DNA of 64,000 nucleotides from an uncultured Actinomycetota bacterium (lineage in GTDB: Bacteria > Actinomycetota > Humimicrobiia > Humimicrobiales > Humimicrobiaceae). Location: positions 69,985-133,984 of the forward strand of contig CAZRML010000036.1 in assembly GCA_964601205.1 (NCBI GenBank), written 5' to 3'. The notes beneath the pieces were generated by a model that searched no databases, was not told where the DNA came from, and saw nothing but the letters and a program-made list of their open reading frames with translations. Numbering within the stretch: position 1 is the stretch's first letter; every line of letters starts with the position of its first letter. A program made the position numbers and the translations under genes. Of the stretch, positions 9,882 through 18,974 are shown piece after piece.

Positions 9882-10703
9882 TTAAATTTTTTTTAAACGG
9901 AAGAACTCTTCTGCATTTTTTGATGTGATATCTGCAATCTCTTCAACACTTAATTTTTTAATTTCCGCAATTTTTTCAGCAACATATCTTACATAGCCGG
10001 GATAATTTTCTTTACCCCTTTTTACCTGCGGAGCAAGAAAGGGTGAATCTGTTTCTATGAATATCTTCTTAAGGGGAACTTCCTTTACAACCTCCAGCAC
10101 GTCACCCGCATTCGGAAAGGTAATAACCCCGGTAAAAGAAATATACAGCCCCAGGTCAAGGCATTTACCGGCAAAATCTAAATCTCCTGGAAAACAATGC
10201 ACAACGGCCCTGAATCCTTTTTGTCCTGCATACTTTTTTACTACATCAAGCGTCTGGCTGTTCCCATCTCTATTATGAATTATTACCGGCATATCATACT
10301 TTAAACCCAGCTCTATCTGGGAGCTAAATGCCCTTTTCATATCTTCTTCCGGGCTCAAATTTCTGTAAAAGTCAAAACCTATTTCCCCCACTGCCACCAA
10401 CTTGCTGAATTTTTTGCCGCTTTCGCCTTTATCCTGGTTACCGGAGATGTGGCTCTCTATCAGAGAATCAAGTTCTTTTAGCTCCTTATCCCCGAAACTA
10501 CCGGCATAATGGGGGTGGACCCCCACGCTGGCAAAAACATTCTCAAACCCGGTTGCAAATTCAAGCGACCTTCTGCTGCTGTCCAGGCTCGTGCCAACGT
10601 TTATTATATATCTTACGCCCTCGTTTTGAGATTTTGATACAGTCTCTTCAGGGGTTAAATTTTTAATCATATCAATATGTGCATGGGTATCTATAAAATA
10701 CAT
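9882..10703 (-). CDS. tatD: TatD family metal-dependent hydrolase/DNase
   Basis: MYFIDTHAHID motif. Start reassigned to the internal ATG with a GGAGG Shine-Dalgarno 1 nt after the metG stop. The longer ORF-track start overlaps metG. Confidence 0.85.
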   Translation of the reverse strand: MYFIDTHAHIDMIKNLTPEETVSKSQNEGVRYIINVGTSLDSSRRSLEFATGFENVFASVGVHPHYAGSFGDKELKELDSLIESHISGNQDKGESGKKFSKLVAVGEIGFDFYRNLSPEEDMKRAFSSQIELGLKYDMPVIIHNRDGNSQTLDVVKKYAGQKGFRAVVHCFPGDLDFAGKCLDLGLYISFTGVITFPNAGDVLEVVKEVPLKKIFIETDSPFLAPQVKRGKENYPGYVRYVAEKIAEIKKLSVEEIADITSKNAEEFFRLKKI

Positions 10704-10704
10704 A

Positions 10705-12243
10705 CTACTTTCCTCCGTCCATTCTTGGAAACAGTATTTCCCTCTTACCTGTTCTTGTCCCGCCTTCAAATTTTCCCCAGTCTCCATCTTCCTCAATCAA
10801 AACCTGCTCTATATTTTTATTTATCCCCAGCTGATTAAATATTTTCTGGCAGGATGAAGGTATAAAGGGTATAAGCAGGATAGTGGATAATCTTATCATC
10901 TCCACCACTTCATATAGCACTGAATCAAGTTTCTTACTGTCCTGGCCATTCTTACTTTTCGCAAGAACCCATGGCTGGCTGTCTTCAATGTATTTATTTG
11001 CCATATTTATAAATTCCCATACCACGGCAAGATAGTCAGAGAATCTAAAATCCTCAATATATGCGCATGCCTGTCTTTTTACATCCTCCCACTTTTCACT
11101 GAAAACCTTATTTACTGTTTTAGCGGGAATTATCCCATTCCTGTATTTTTCTACCATCACCAGAGTCCTGGAAACCAGATTACCAATATCATTGCTCAGG
11201 TCCGAGTTATATCTCCTTACGAAAGCTTCGTGAGTAAAGGACCCGTCCAGTCCGAATGATATTTCACGGGTAAGATAATATCTTACACCATCAGCTCCGT
11301 ACTTTTCTGAAACTTCGTCAGGGTCAAGAATAATTCCTTTGGATTTTGATAATTTCTCCTCCCCCATCAGTAGCCAGCCGTGGACCACAATGTGGCCGGG
11401 CAATTCAACTCCCAGTGACATAAGCATCGCCGGCCAGATTATTGCGTGGAACTTTAATATATCTTTTCCTATATGATGCTGGTCAGCAGGCCAGTATTTA
11501 TCAAATAAGCTCCTATCTTCGGTTCCATATCCCAGAGCCGAAATATAATTTAAAAGAGCGTCTACCCACACATAACAATAATGGTCATGGTCAAACGGGA
11601 TCTGGACACCCCACTTAACCGCAGTCCTTGAAATACTTATATCTTTCAATCCCTGCTTAAGGATTCCCAGTACCTCATTTTTTCTGGCTTCAGGTATTAT
11701 AAAATCAGGATTATCTTCAATGTGCTTCATTATCCTTTTTTCATATTTTGATAGCTTAAAAAAGTAATTTTCCTCTTTTACATTCTCCACCTCTCCATGA
11801 CACTGCGGGCATCTGCCGTCTACCAGCTGTGATTCGAGCAAAAAAGTTTCGCAGGGCACGCAGTATTTACCTTCATAGGTGCCCCTGTAAAGGTCCCCGT
11901 TCTCTTTTAACTTAAGAAGCACGTTCTGAACTACTTTTTCGTGTTTTTTATCTGTGGTTCTTATATAAGAATTATTGCTGATGTTATATAACTTCAGGAG
12001 CCTCTTCATATCGGCTGACATTCTGTCAACATATTCCTGGGGAGTCATACCCTTTTCTACTGCACTTTTGTTTATTTTCTGCCCGTGTTCGTCGGCTCCG
12101 GTCAGAAAAAAAGTGTCCCTGCCTGAAAGAGTGTGGAACCTTGCCACTATATCGGTAAGTATAAATTCATATATCTGGCCCAGGTGAAGTTTTGCATTCA
12201 TATATGGGATAGCAGTTGTAATGTAAAATTTTTTTCTTTGCAA
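10705..12243 (-). CDS. metG: methionyl-tRNA synthetase (short form)
   Basis: Class I aaRS motifs. Variant HIGH motif reads HLGQ. KMSKS reads KLSKSK. Zinc knuckle CVPC..CPQC. Confidence 0.9.
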   Translation of the reverse strand: MQRKKFYITTAIPYMNAKLHLGQIYEFILTDIVARFHTLSGRDTFFLTGADEHGQKINKSAVEKGMTPQEYVDRMSADMKRLLKLYNISNNSYIRTTDKKHEKVVQNVLLKLKENGDLYRGTYEGKYCVPCETFLLESQLVDGRCPQCHGEVENVKEENYFFKLSKYEKRIMKHIEDNPDFIIPEARKNEVLGILKQGLKDISISRTAVKWGVQIPFDHDHYCYVWVDALLNYISALGYGTEDRSLFDKYWPADQHHIGKDILKFHAIIWPAMLMSLGVELPGHIVVHGWLLMGEEKLSKSKGIILDPDEVSEKYGADGVRYYLTREISFGLDGSFTHEAFVRRYNSDLSNDIGNLVSRTLVMVEKYRNGIIPAKTVNKVFSEKWEDVKRQACAYIEDFRFSDYLAVVWEFINMANKYIEDSQPWVLAKSKNGQDSKKLDSVLYEVVEMIRLSTILLIPFIPSSCQKIFNQLGINKNIEQVLIEEDGDWGKFEGGTRTGKREILFPRMDGGK

Positions 12244-12284
12244 TATAAGCTCCCGTGATTTTATTTATTAAAAATATTACCCTT

Positions 12285-13115
12285 CTAAATTTGTGTTGAA
12301 ATATTATACAATCTTTGCCTGTCTATGTCATATCTGGACTGTATAATTTTAAGTGAATTTTTTTTACTAAAGCCTTCCTTTAAAAGACGGATGAGTTCCT
12401 TTTTTATATCTTCCTCTGAAAAATTCTTTATAAGCTGCCTTTTGTATCCTTCAACAACCAGGACCATCTCACCCTTTACCTTCTTTTCCTTTATTTTCTC
12501 CAGAATACAGTCTAAATTGCCCCTTATTGCTTCTTCGTATATTTTTGAAATCTCTCTAACCAGGCTAGCTTTCCGATTGCCAAATCTTTCAATAAGTTCA
12601 GAAACCAGGGACTCTATTCTCTTTGGAGACTCATAGATTATAAGTGTATAGGGGAAAAATGCCAGCTCAATAAGTTTATTTTTTCTTTTTGCCTTTGCTT
12701 TCGGCAGAAAACCCACAAATAAAAAACTATCAGTGGGAAGACCGGATACAACCAGGGCGCTTACTGCCGCGTTTGGACCGGGTATTACAGTCAGGGGTAT
12801 ATTTTTTCTTATACATTCACTTATTACCTTAAACCCCGGGTCCTGTATGGCCGGTATCCCCGACTCTGAAACCAGGGCGATATCTTCACCTTTTTCAAGT
12901 TCATCTATTATATAACCAATCCTGGCCTCCCTGTTATATTCATTGTAGCTTATAATATTTTTTTTAAATATATTGTATTTTTGAAGCAGCTTTCGCGTGG
13001 TTCTGGTATCTTCCGCAACAATAAGGCCCGCCTCCCTTAATGTTCTTAAAAGCCTTAAACTTACGTCCTCCAGATTACCAATAGGAGTTGCGCATATAAA
13101 AAGAGTGCCGTTAAT
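12285..13115 (-). CDS. rsmI: 16S rRNA 2'-O-ribose C1402 methyltransferase RsmI; start codon non-canonical or sequence error
   Basis: Continuous frame encodes GTLFICATPIGNLEDV...FLPKAKAKRK (RsmI/tetrapyrrole-methylase fold). First in-frame ATG/GTG/TTG is the GTG at 12716, downstream of the SAM-binding N-terminal domain. An ATT at 13115-13113 lies 4 nt after a GGAGGG Shine-Dalgarno. Confidence 0.7.
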   Translation of the reverse strand: MNGTLFICATPIGNLEDVSLRLLRTLREAGLIVAEDTRTTRKLLQKYNIFKKNIISYNEYNREARIGYIIDELEKGEDIALVSESGIPAIQDPGFKVISECIRKNIPLTVIPGPNAAVSALVVSGLPTDSFLFVGFLPKAKAKRKNKLIELAFFPYTLIIYESPKRIESLVSELIERFGNRKASLVREISKIYEEAIRGNLDCILEKIKEKKVKGEMVLVVEGYKRQLIKNFSEEDIKKELIRLLKEGFSKKNSLKIIQSRYDIDRQRLYNISTQI

Positions 13116-13402
13116 ATTACCCTCCGATACATATTACTTTAATTTTATTTCTTTAAACGCTTTTTCCAGATTTACGAATCTAATTTCCGATATATCACTT
13201 AACCGCTCTGTTTTTCCCGCACCTTTCATATATACCATCAAAAGCAACCTTATACAACGGAACATCAAATTTTTTCTTTATTACCCTCAAATCTTTCTAT
13301 CCAGCATGACTGAATAATTATTTATATAATATAAGAATTGTTAAAGCCAATCAAATAAATCAAATCTTGAAAAAAAACAAATATTAAGTCAAAATTTTAA
13401 CC

Positions 13403-14422
13403 ATGAAATATAAAAATTTACCCGGATTCCCCAGAAGGATAATTGTTTCAATTATTATCCTTATCTCTGTCTATTTCCTTGGTTCTATTGGATATATGGT
13501 AATTGAAGATATGAGCTTTATGGATTCACTTTTTATGACCACTATAACCATAACCACTGTGGGTTTCGGGCTGTTAGAACCACTCTCAAAAGCAGGGACC
13601 ATATTTACAATTTTACTAATTATCATAGGAACCGGTACAGTTGCATATATTTTAATAAACTTAACTGACTTTATATTAAGTGAGTTTTTTTTTGGAAGAA
13701 TAGAAAAAAGAAGGAAGATAAAAATGATTTCAAAATTAAAGGACCATTACATAATCTGTGGACTGGGCAGGGTAGGACTTGAAATTGCCAGCGAACTTTC
13801 GGCAAATAATAAAAATTTTATAGTAATTGATAAATCAGATAATGCGATTGAAACTGCAAAACAAAATAACTGGCTGTACATGCAGGGGGACGCTTCTGGT
13901 GATGACATTCTTATTGAAGCCCGGATAAAAGAAGCCAGGTGCTTATTCGCTGCGCTTGATACAGATGCGGAAAACGTATATATAACCCTATCTGCCAAAT
14001 CTTTAAATCCATCTATTTTTATAGTTGCCAGGGCAATGGTTCACGAAACTATCAACAAACTTGAAAAGGCAGGAGCGGATAAGGTAGTCTCGCCTCAACT
14101 TATAGGAGGAAGAAGAATGGTAGATATGGCGCTCCAGCCCTCAATCTGTGATTTTCTGGATACCATAATGAAGGTAGAAGAAAATGAGATTAAACTGGCA
14201 GAAATTGAAATTAAAGAAAATAGCAGGATTGACGGCATGAGCATACGTGAAGCAGGCACTAAATATGGTATTGAAGCCCTGATTATATCCGTAATTGAAA
14301 AAGGAGAAAAAATTTCAGTCAAAAAAGCAGGCGGGGATACCGGCATGATGCATGGCCATAAAATAATTGCTATCGGCACCGGGGACCAGATAAAACACTT
14401 AACGGACCTTGCTTCCATGTAA
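13403..14422 (+). CDS. MthK-like K+ channel with RCK (TrkA-N/TrkA-C) domains
   Basis: Two TM helices flank a pore helix with selectivity-filter-like TTVGFG. Rossmann GxGxxG (GLGRVG) RCK domain follows. Confidence 0.8.
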   Translation: MKYKNLPGFPRRIIVSIIILISVYFLGSIGYMVIEDMSFMDSLFMTTITITTVGFGLLEPLSKAGTIFTILLIIIGTGTVAYILINLTDFILSEFFFGRIEKRRKIKMISKLKDHYIICGLGRVGLEIASELSANNKNFIVIDKSDNAIETAKQNNWLYMQGDASGDDILIEARIKEARCLFAALDTDAENVYITLSAKSLNPSIFIVARAMVHETINKLEKAGADKVVSPQLIGGRRMVDMALQPSICDFLDTIMKVEENEIKLAEIEIKENSRIDGMSIREAGTKYGIEALIISVIEKGEKISVKKAGGDTGMMHGHKIIAIGTGDQIKHLTDLASM

Positions 14423-14526
14423 CTTATAATCACATGCAGTTTTTATTCCTGCTTTGATTAAATGCGGCCGGCCACTACCCGGGCAGATAAAGATTGGAAC
14501 CCCTGCAATTATCGCTTATTATTGCC

Positions 14527-15195
14527 CTATTCATTGTCCCCAAATACTGCGTAATCTCCACTTAAAAAATATGCTACTCTCTCCCCTATGTTTACGGACT
14601 GGTCACCAATTCTTTCAAGGTATCTGCATGCCAGCACGATACTGGTTACAAATTTTATATCTTTTTCTCTTTTGTGATAAGAAAATAATTTACCCAGGAC
14701 AATCTTATGGATCTCGTCAACCATATCATCTGACTTTCCTATCTTTAAAGCCAGTTTTAAATCCTTATTTTTAAAGGACTCAATAGCCCCGTTAAGTTCT
14801 GACATGGCGAGGTTCCCCATTTCTACTATCAAGTCTATAATTTCTCTATCGGGATGTTCCCTATCCTCTTTTGCAAGTCTTTTTACAATTTGAGATATGT
14901 TTACCGCCAGGTCACCAATTCTTTCCAGAGATTTAATTATTATACTTATGGAATGCAAATACCTTAAATCTCTTGCTACCGGCTGGTGTTCGGCCTGCAA
15001 AACAATACATTTTTCCTCAATTGATATATCAAATTCATCAATTTCTTCATCCCCATCTATGACCTTCTGCGCCAGTCCTACGTTCATTTCTATAAAAGCT
15101 TTTATCGCAGTACTGACCGCTTCCTGTGTTTTGCTGCCCATCAATATCACATCATTGCTGATTTCTTCTATTTTCTGTCCAAATGTTTTTCTCAT
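14527..15195 (-). CDS. phoU: phosphate signalling complex protein PhoU
   Basis: Two PhoU repeats. Lies immediately downstream of pstA. Confidence 0.85.
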   Translation of the reverse strand: MRKTFGQKIEEISNDVILMGSKTQEAVSTAIKAFIEMNVGLAQKVIDGDEEIDEFDISIEEKCIVLQAEHQPVARDLRYLHSISIIIKSLERIGDLAVNISQIVKRLAKEDREHPDREIIDLIVEMGNLAMSELNGAIESFKNKDLKLALKIGKSDDMVDEIHKIVLGKLFSYHKREKDIKFVTSIVLACRYLERIGDQSVNIGERVAYFLSGDYAVFGDNE

Positions 15196-15199
15196 ATTG

Positions 15200-16072
15200 T
15201 TATTCCTTTCTAATCAACCTGAACCGTGTCCTTATAGCAGTTCCGGAAACAGCAAAAATCAACACCAGAATCAAAAGCACCAGTGCGGTGCCCCACTGCA
15301 TATCCTCCGGAGTGTCAGTAAGCTGAGTGGCCAGTACGTAAAGATGATAGGGCAATGCCATCACCTGGCTGAAGATAGAATTCGGTAAATTCGGCTGTGA
15401 GAACGCAGCCACGGTAAACATTATGGGAGCAGTTTCTCCCGCTGCTCTCCCTATTCCTATAACCGACCCGGTTATTATACCCGGCAAAGCCCGCGGCAGC
15501 ACCACCTTTACTATTGTCTGCCACCTGGTAGCACCCAGGGCCAGGGAAGCATGTCGGTAAGACTCAGGAACCGTCTTTAATGCCTCCTCTGTAGACGTTA
15601 TTATAACCGGTAATATAAGCAGTGCGAGGGTCAGGGAACCGGCAAGAATTGACCTTCCAAAATTAAGCATCATAACAAAAAACCCCAGCCCGAATAAACC
15701 ATATACCACAGAAGGCACTCCCGACATATTTATAATAGATAGTCTTATTATCCTGGTCAGCCTGTTTTTGGAGGCATACTCATTAAGATAAACCGCCGCT
15801 AAAATCCCTACAGGCAGTGAGAATAAAAAAGTTCCTATCATTAAATAAAGCGTTCCCAGAATGGCAGGAAAAATACCGCCTTCCCTCATACCAAGTTCAG
15901 GCTTTCTGGACAAGAATTCCCAGTTAATTGCTCCGCTTCCTTTAACTACCAGATACACCACTATCCCAACCACAAATGCTATCACTATAAGGGTTAAAAA
16001 AAGTAGAATTGCGTATGATACTCTTTCTATGATTCTTTTTCTTTTTCTGCTTATTTCTTTTGCTTCCCACAT
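15200..16072 (-). CDS. pstA: phosphate ABC transporter permease PstA
   Basis: ABC transmembrane permease domain (BPD_transp_1 fold). Pst operon context. Confidence 0.85.
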   Translation of the reverse strand: MWEAKEISRKRKRIIERVSYAILLFLTLIVIAFVVGIVVYLVVKGSGAINWEFLSRKPELGMREGGIFPAILGTLYLMIGTFLFSLPVGILAAVYLNEYASKNRLTRIIRLSIINMSGVPSVVYGLFGLGFFVMMLNFGRSILAGSLTLALLILPVIITSTEEALKTVPESYRHASLALGATRWQTIVKVVLPRALPGIITGSVIGIGRAAGETAPIMFTVAAFSQPNLPNSIFSQVMALPYHLYVLATQLTDTPEDMQWGTALVLLILVLIFAVSGTAIRTRFRLIRKE

Positions 16073-16164
16073 AATTGATTTTAAGTTTTTAACTTATTTC
16101 GCTTTTAGATATTTTTTTATTATTCAATTCTTTCCCGGCACGATACCGGCATCATCATCAATTT

Positions 16165-17052
16165 TTAACTTCCTCTTATTCTATTTATAAACCTGTCAGA
16201 AATGAAATTAATAATAAAGGTAATTATAAAAAGAATGAGCCCTATTGCGAAAAGAGCTGAATAATGGAGTCCTCCCTGTACGGTTTCTCCCATTTCTGCA
16301 GCAATTGTTGCAGTAATAGTCCTGACCGGCTGCAACCACGAGAAAACAATCCTCGGTGAGTTCCCGGTCACCATCAGAACAGTCATAGTCTCGCCCACTA
16401 TCCTCCCCAGCCCCAGCATTACTGCAGCTACCATACCGGAGGATGCTGATGGTATTACGGTTCGCATGGTTGTTTCCCATTTTGTTGCGCCCAGAGCAAT
16501 TGAAGCGTGCCTGTATTTATCAGGAACCGCATTCACTGCATCTTCTGAAATTGATATAATGGTGGGCAAACTCATAAAAGCCAGCATTACCGAACCGGTA
16601 AGAGCCGTAAGCCCTACATTCAGGTTAAAGATATTCATAATTATGGGGGCAAGGAGCTTAATGCCGATAAATCCAATTACTACAGAAGGAATGGTTGCCA
16701 GAACCTCTATTACCGGTTTTAATATTTCCCGCAGGACTCTGGGAGCAAGCTCGCCAATATAAATAGCAGTGCCCAGGCCAAGAGGCACGGCAATTACAAT
16801 TGCACCAAATGTAATCAGCAATGAACCGGTCAGCAGCGGAAGAAAGCCAAATTCCCCGAGCACCGTTGGAGACCACTTCTGGCCGGTTAAAAACTCCAGG
16901 GTTGGATAAGTAGCAAAGAATTTTATAGAATTCGCAACCAGGAAACCGAGTATTAAAGCCAGGACAATAATTGAAATTATTCCATTTAGAAAAACGAATC
17001 TGTGGATAAGGAAGCTTTTTATTTTTCTCAGTCTAATTTCAAGCCGTGACAT
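16165..17052 (-). CDS. pstC: phosphate ABC transporter permease PstC
   Basis: ABC transmembrane permease domain. Pst operon context. Confidence 0.85.
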   Translation of the reverse strand: MSRLEIRLRKIKSFLIHRFVFLNGIISIIVLALILGFLVANSIKFFATYPTLEFLTGQKWSPTVLGEFGFLPLLTGSLLITFGAIVIAVPLGLGTAIYIGELAPRVLREILKPVIEVLATIPSVVIGFIGIKLLAPIIMNIFNLNVGLTALTGSVMLAFMSLPTIISISEDAVNAVPDKYRHASIALGATKWETTMRTVIPSASSGMVAAVMLGLGRIVGETMTVLMVTGNSPRIVFSWLQPVRTITATIAAEMGETVQGGLHYSALFAIGLILFIITFIINFISDRFINRIRGS

Positions 17053-17124
17053 ATCTTCATTTTAAAAGAATTAAAATTTTTTTGCTATCAAATTAAAAAA
17101 AAATGATATTCAAACCTTTGTGCC

Positions 17125-17151
17125 GTGGATATATTAACCAAATATATCCAC
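17125..17151. other. perfect 10-bp-stem hairpin GTGGATATAT-N7-ATATATCCAC in pstS-pstC spacer, followed by T6 on + strand
   Basis: Inverted repeat read directly from the sequence. Lies inside a 179-bp intercistronic gap of the pst operon. Confidence 0.5.
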
Positions 17152-17231
17152 AACTTTTTTACTATCACATTATAAGTTTCTTATAGTTACTTACAAAATG
17201 AATAAAACACAGTCAAAATAATACAGAATCT

Positions 17232-18152
17232 TTATTTAACAGGGACAAATCCCTCTCTCGAACCTATTTCTTGCCCTTTATCACTTAATATAAAATCTAA
17301 ATAGCCTTTTGCTATAGGAGATAGTTCCTTACCCGGTGAGTAAATATATAATCCTCTGGAGATTGGATAAGAGCCATCTTTTATCGTTTCTATGGAAGCC
17401 TCTATCCCTTCCACTTTTAAAGTCCTGAGGGACTCTTCAAGATACCCCAGTCCGATATATCCAACAGCATTGCTATTATTTTTAATCTGATTTACAACAT
17501 CAGCGTTTGATTGAAGCCTTAAAGCAGTTTCCGTATAGTCACTTTTCTTTAGAGTTTTTCCCAGTTGAACTATTTCTTCCAGAAAATATTCCCCCGTACC
17601 GGAGCTTGAATCCCTGGCAACTATAACTATTTCTGCATCCTCACCGCCGACATCCTTCCAGTTATTAACTTCTCCCCTGTATATTCCAGAGAGTTCCTCT
17701 ACGATAAGGTCATCAACAGTTACATTGCTGCTTACTACAACTGCAATTCCATCATAAAGAACGGTGTACTCCTTTATGTCATAGCCGGCATTTCTGGCAG
17801 CTTCTATCTCTTCCTCTTTTATCTGTCTTGAAGCATTCGCAAGGTCGTTTATTCCATTAATCAAATCAGCAATACCTCCGCCGGAACCTCCTCCATTTAC
17901 AATTATTGTCCCGCCATATTCTTTCATAAAAGCCGATGCCCATGCTTCTGAAACCTGAAGAAGGGTTGTAGACCCTGATAATACAAGTTCCTGCCCATCA
18001 AAAGGAAGGCCTCCGTCTGCTTCTACTCCTGCTTTCTCTTCTGGTTTACCCGTATCTCCGCAACCGGCAAAAGCCATACTGCTTATCATTATTACTATAA
18101 TACCGGCAATAATTAACGGTAAAAACTTACTATTTTTCATTTGCTCACCCAT
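17232..18152 (-). CDS. pstS: phosphate-binding lipoprotein PstS
   Basis: Periplasmic phosphate-binding fold. Lipobox FAGC after the signal peptide. Start chosen at MGEQMKNSK, downstream of the Pho-box repeats (the ORF track extends to 18206). Confidence 0.8.
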   Translation of the reverse strand: MGEQMKNSKFLPLIIAGIIVIMISSMAFAGCGDTGKPEEKAGVEADGGLPFDGQELVLSGSTTLLQVSEAWASAFMKEYGGTIIVNGGGSGGGIADLINGINDLANASRQIKEEEIEAARNAGYDIKEYTVLYDGIAVVVSSNVTVDDLIVEELSGIYRGEVNNWKDVGGEDAEIVIVARDSSSGTGEYFLEEIVQLGKTLKKSDYTETALRLQSNADVVNQIKNNSNAVGYIGLGYLEESLRTLKVEGIEASIETIKDGSYPISRGLYIYSPGKELSPIAKGYLDFILSDKGQEIGSREGFVPVK

Positions 18153-18210
18153 CTTTCTTATATTAATTATTTTAAACCGGACAAATATTAACACATAAAA
18201 AAGCATATCT

Positions 18211-18249
18211 GGTTAAAAAAGAATTAAAATAATGTTAAAAAAATATTAA
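18211..18249 (-). promoter_or_regulatory. Pho box: four TTAAYA-like direct repeats at 11-bp phasing upstream of pstS
   Basis: On the minus strand: TTAATA (18249-18244), TTAACA (18238-18233), TTAATT (18227-18222), TTAACC (18216-18211). One per helical turn, 60-95 bp upstream of the pstS start. Matches the Gram-positive PhoP repeat TT(A/T/C)ACA. Confidence 0.5.
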
Positions 18250-18965
18250 AAACTGTTTGTAATCTTGTATCCATAGCCATGAACCGTTTTTATAAACCTC
18301 TTTCCGAATTCTTTGTAATTCATTTTCTCTCGTATTCTTCTTATATGAACATCAAGAGTTCTGGTATCTCCGTAATAATCCTCTCCCCATACTTTCTTTA
18401 TTAATTCCATACGGGGAACCAGGCAGTTAAGATTCTTTAACAGTGTCAGAACAATGGCGTACTCCTTTGGATTCAGCCTGATTCTTGCTGTGTCAAGAAA
18501 TATATCGTGCTTTATCTCATCAACTGCCAGCTTTACTTCCTTAAAAATAAAATTTCCCTTTATAGGCCTGTCCGGGCTGTGATATACACCATTATCAATC
18601 CTCCTGAGTACGTTTTTTACTCTGGCCAGCAGTTCCCTGACTCCAAATGGTTTTACTATATAATCATCGGCGCCCAGCTCCAGCCCGAGAACTTTATCAA
18701 GCTCTTCACCCTTTGCGCTCAGGATTATAACCGGAATATCAGTCTTTTTCTTTATTTCCTTACATATATCAAGCCCTTCCATATCCGGAAGCATTAAATC
18801 AAGAATAATTAGGTCGGGCATAAATTGATTTAAGGAATCTAAAAAACTTCTGCCATCCTTAAAACTTTTAGCCCTGTAGCCTTCTTTTAACAAATTATGC
18901 TCCAGAATTTCACATATATTTTCTTCATCATCAACAATGTAAATTAGCCTTTGTTTTGGTTCCAT
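18246..18965 (-). CDS. phoB: OmpR-family response regulator PhoB/PhoP
   Basis: Receiver domain (DD...D...K) plus winged-helix trans_reg_C. Adjacent to phoR and the pst genes. Confidence 0.85.
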   Translation of the reverse strand: MEPKQRLIYIVDDEENICEILEHNLLKEGYRAKSFKDGRSFLDSLNQFMPDLIILDLMLPDMEGLDICKEIKKKTDIPVIILSAKGEELDKVLGLELGADDYIVKPFGVRELLARVKNVLRRIDNGVYHSPDRPIKGNFIFKEVKLAVDEIKHDIFLDTARIRLNPKEYAIVLTLLKNLNCLVPRMELIKKVWGEDYYGDTRTLDVHIRRIREKMNYKEFGKRFIKTVHGYGYKITNSF

Positions 18966-18974
18966 TTTTAAATA

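Noticed and set aside
12733-13317. Plus-strand ORFs (60 and 106 aa) over the rsmI 5' half
   Set aside because: They overlap the genuine rsmI N-terminal coding frame on the other strand.
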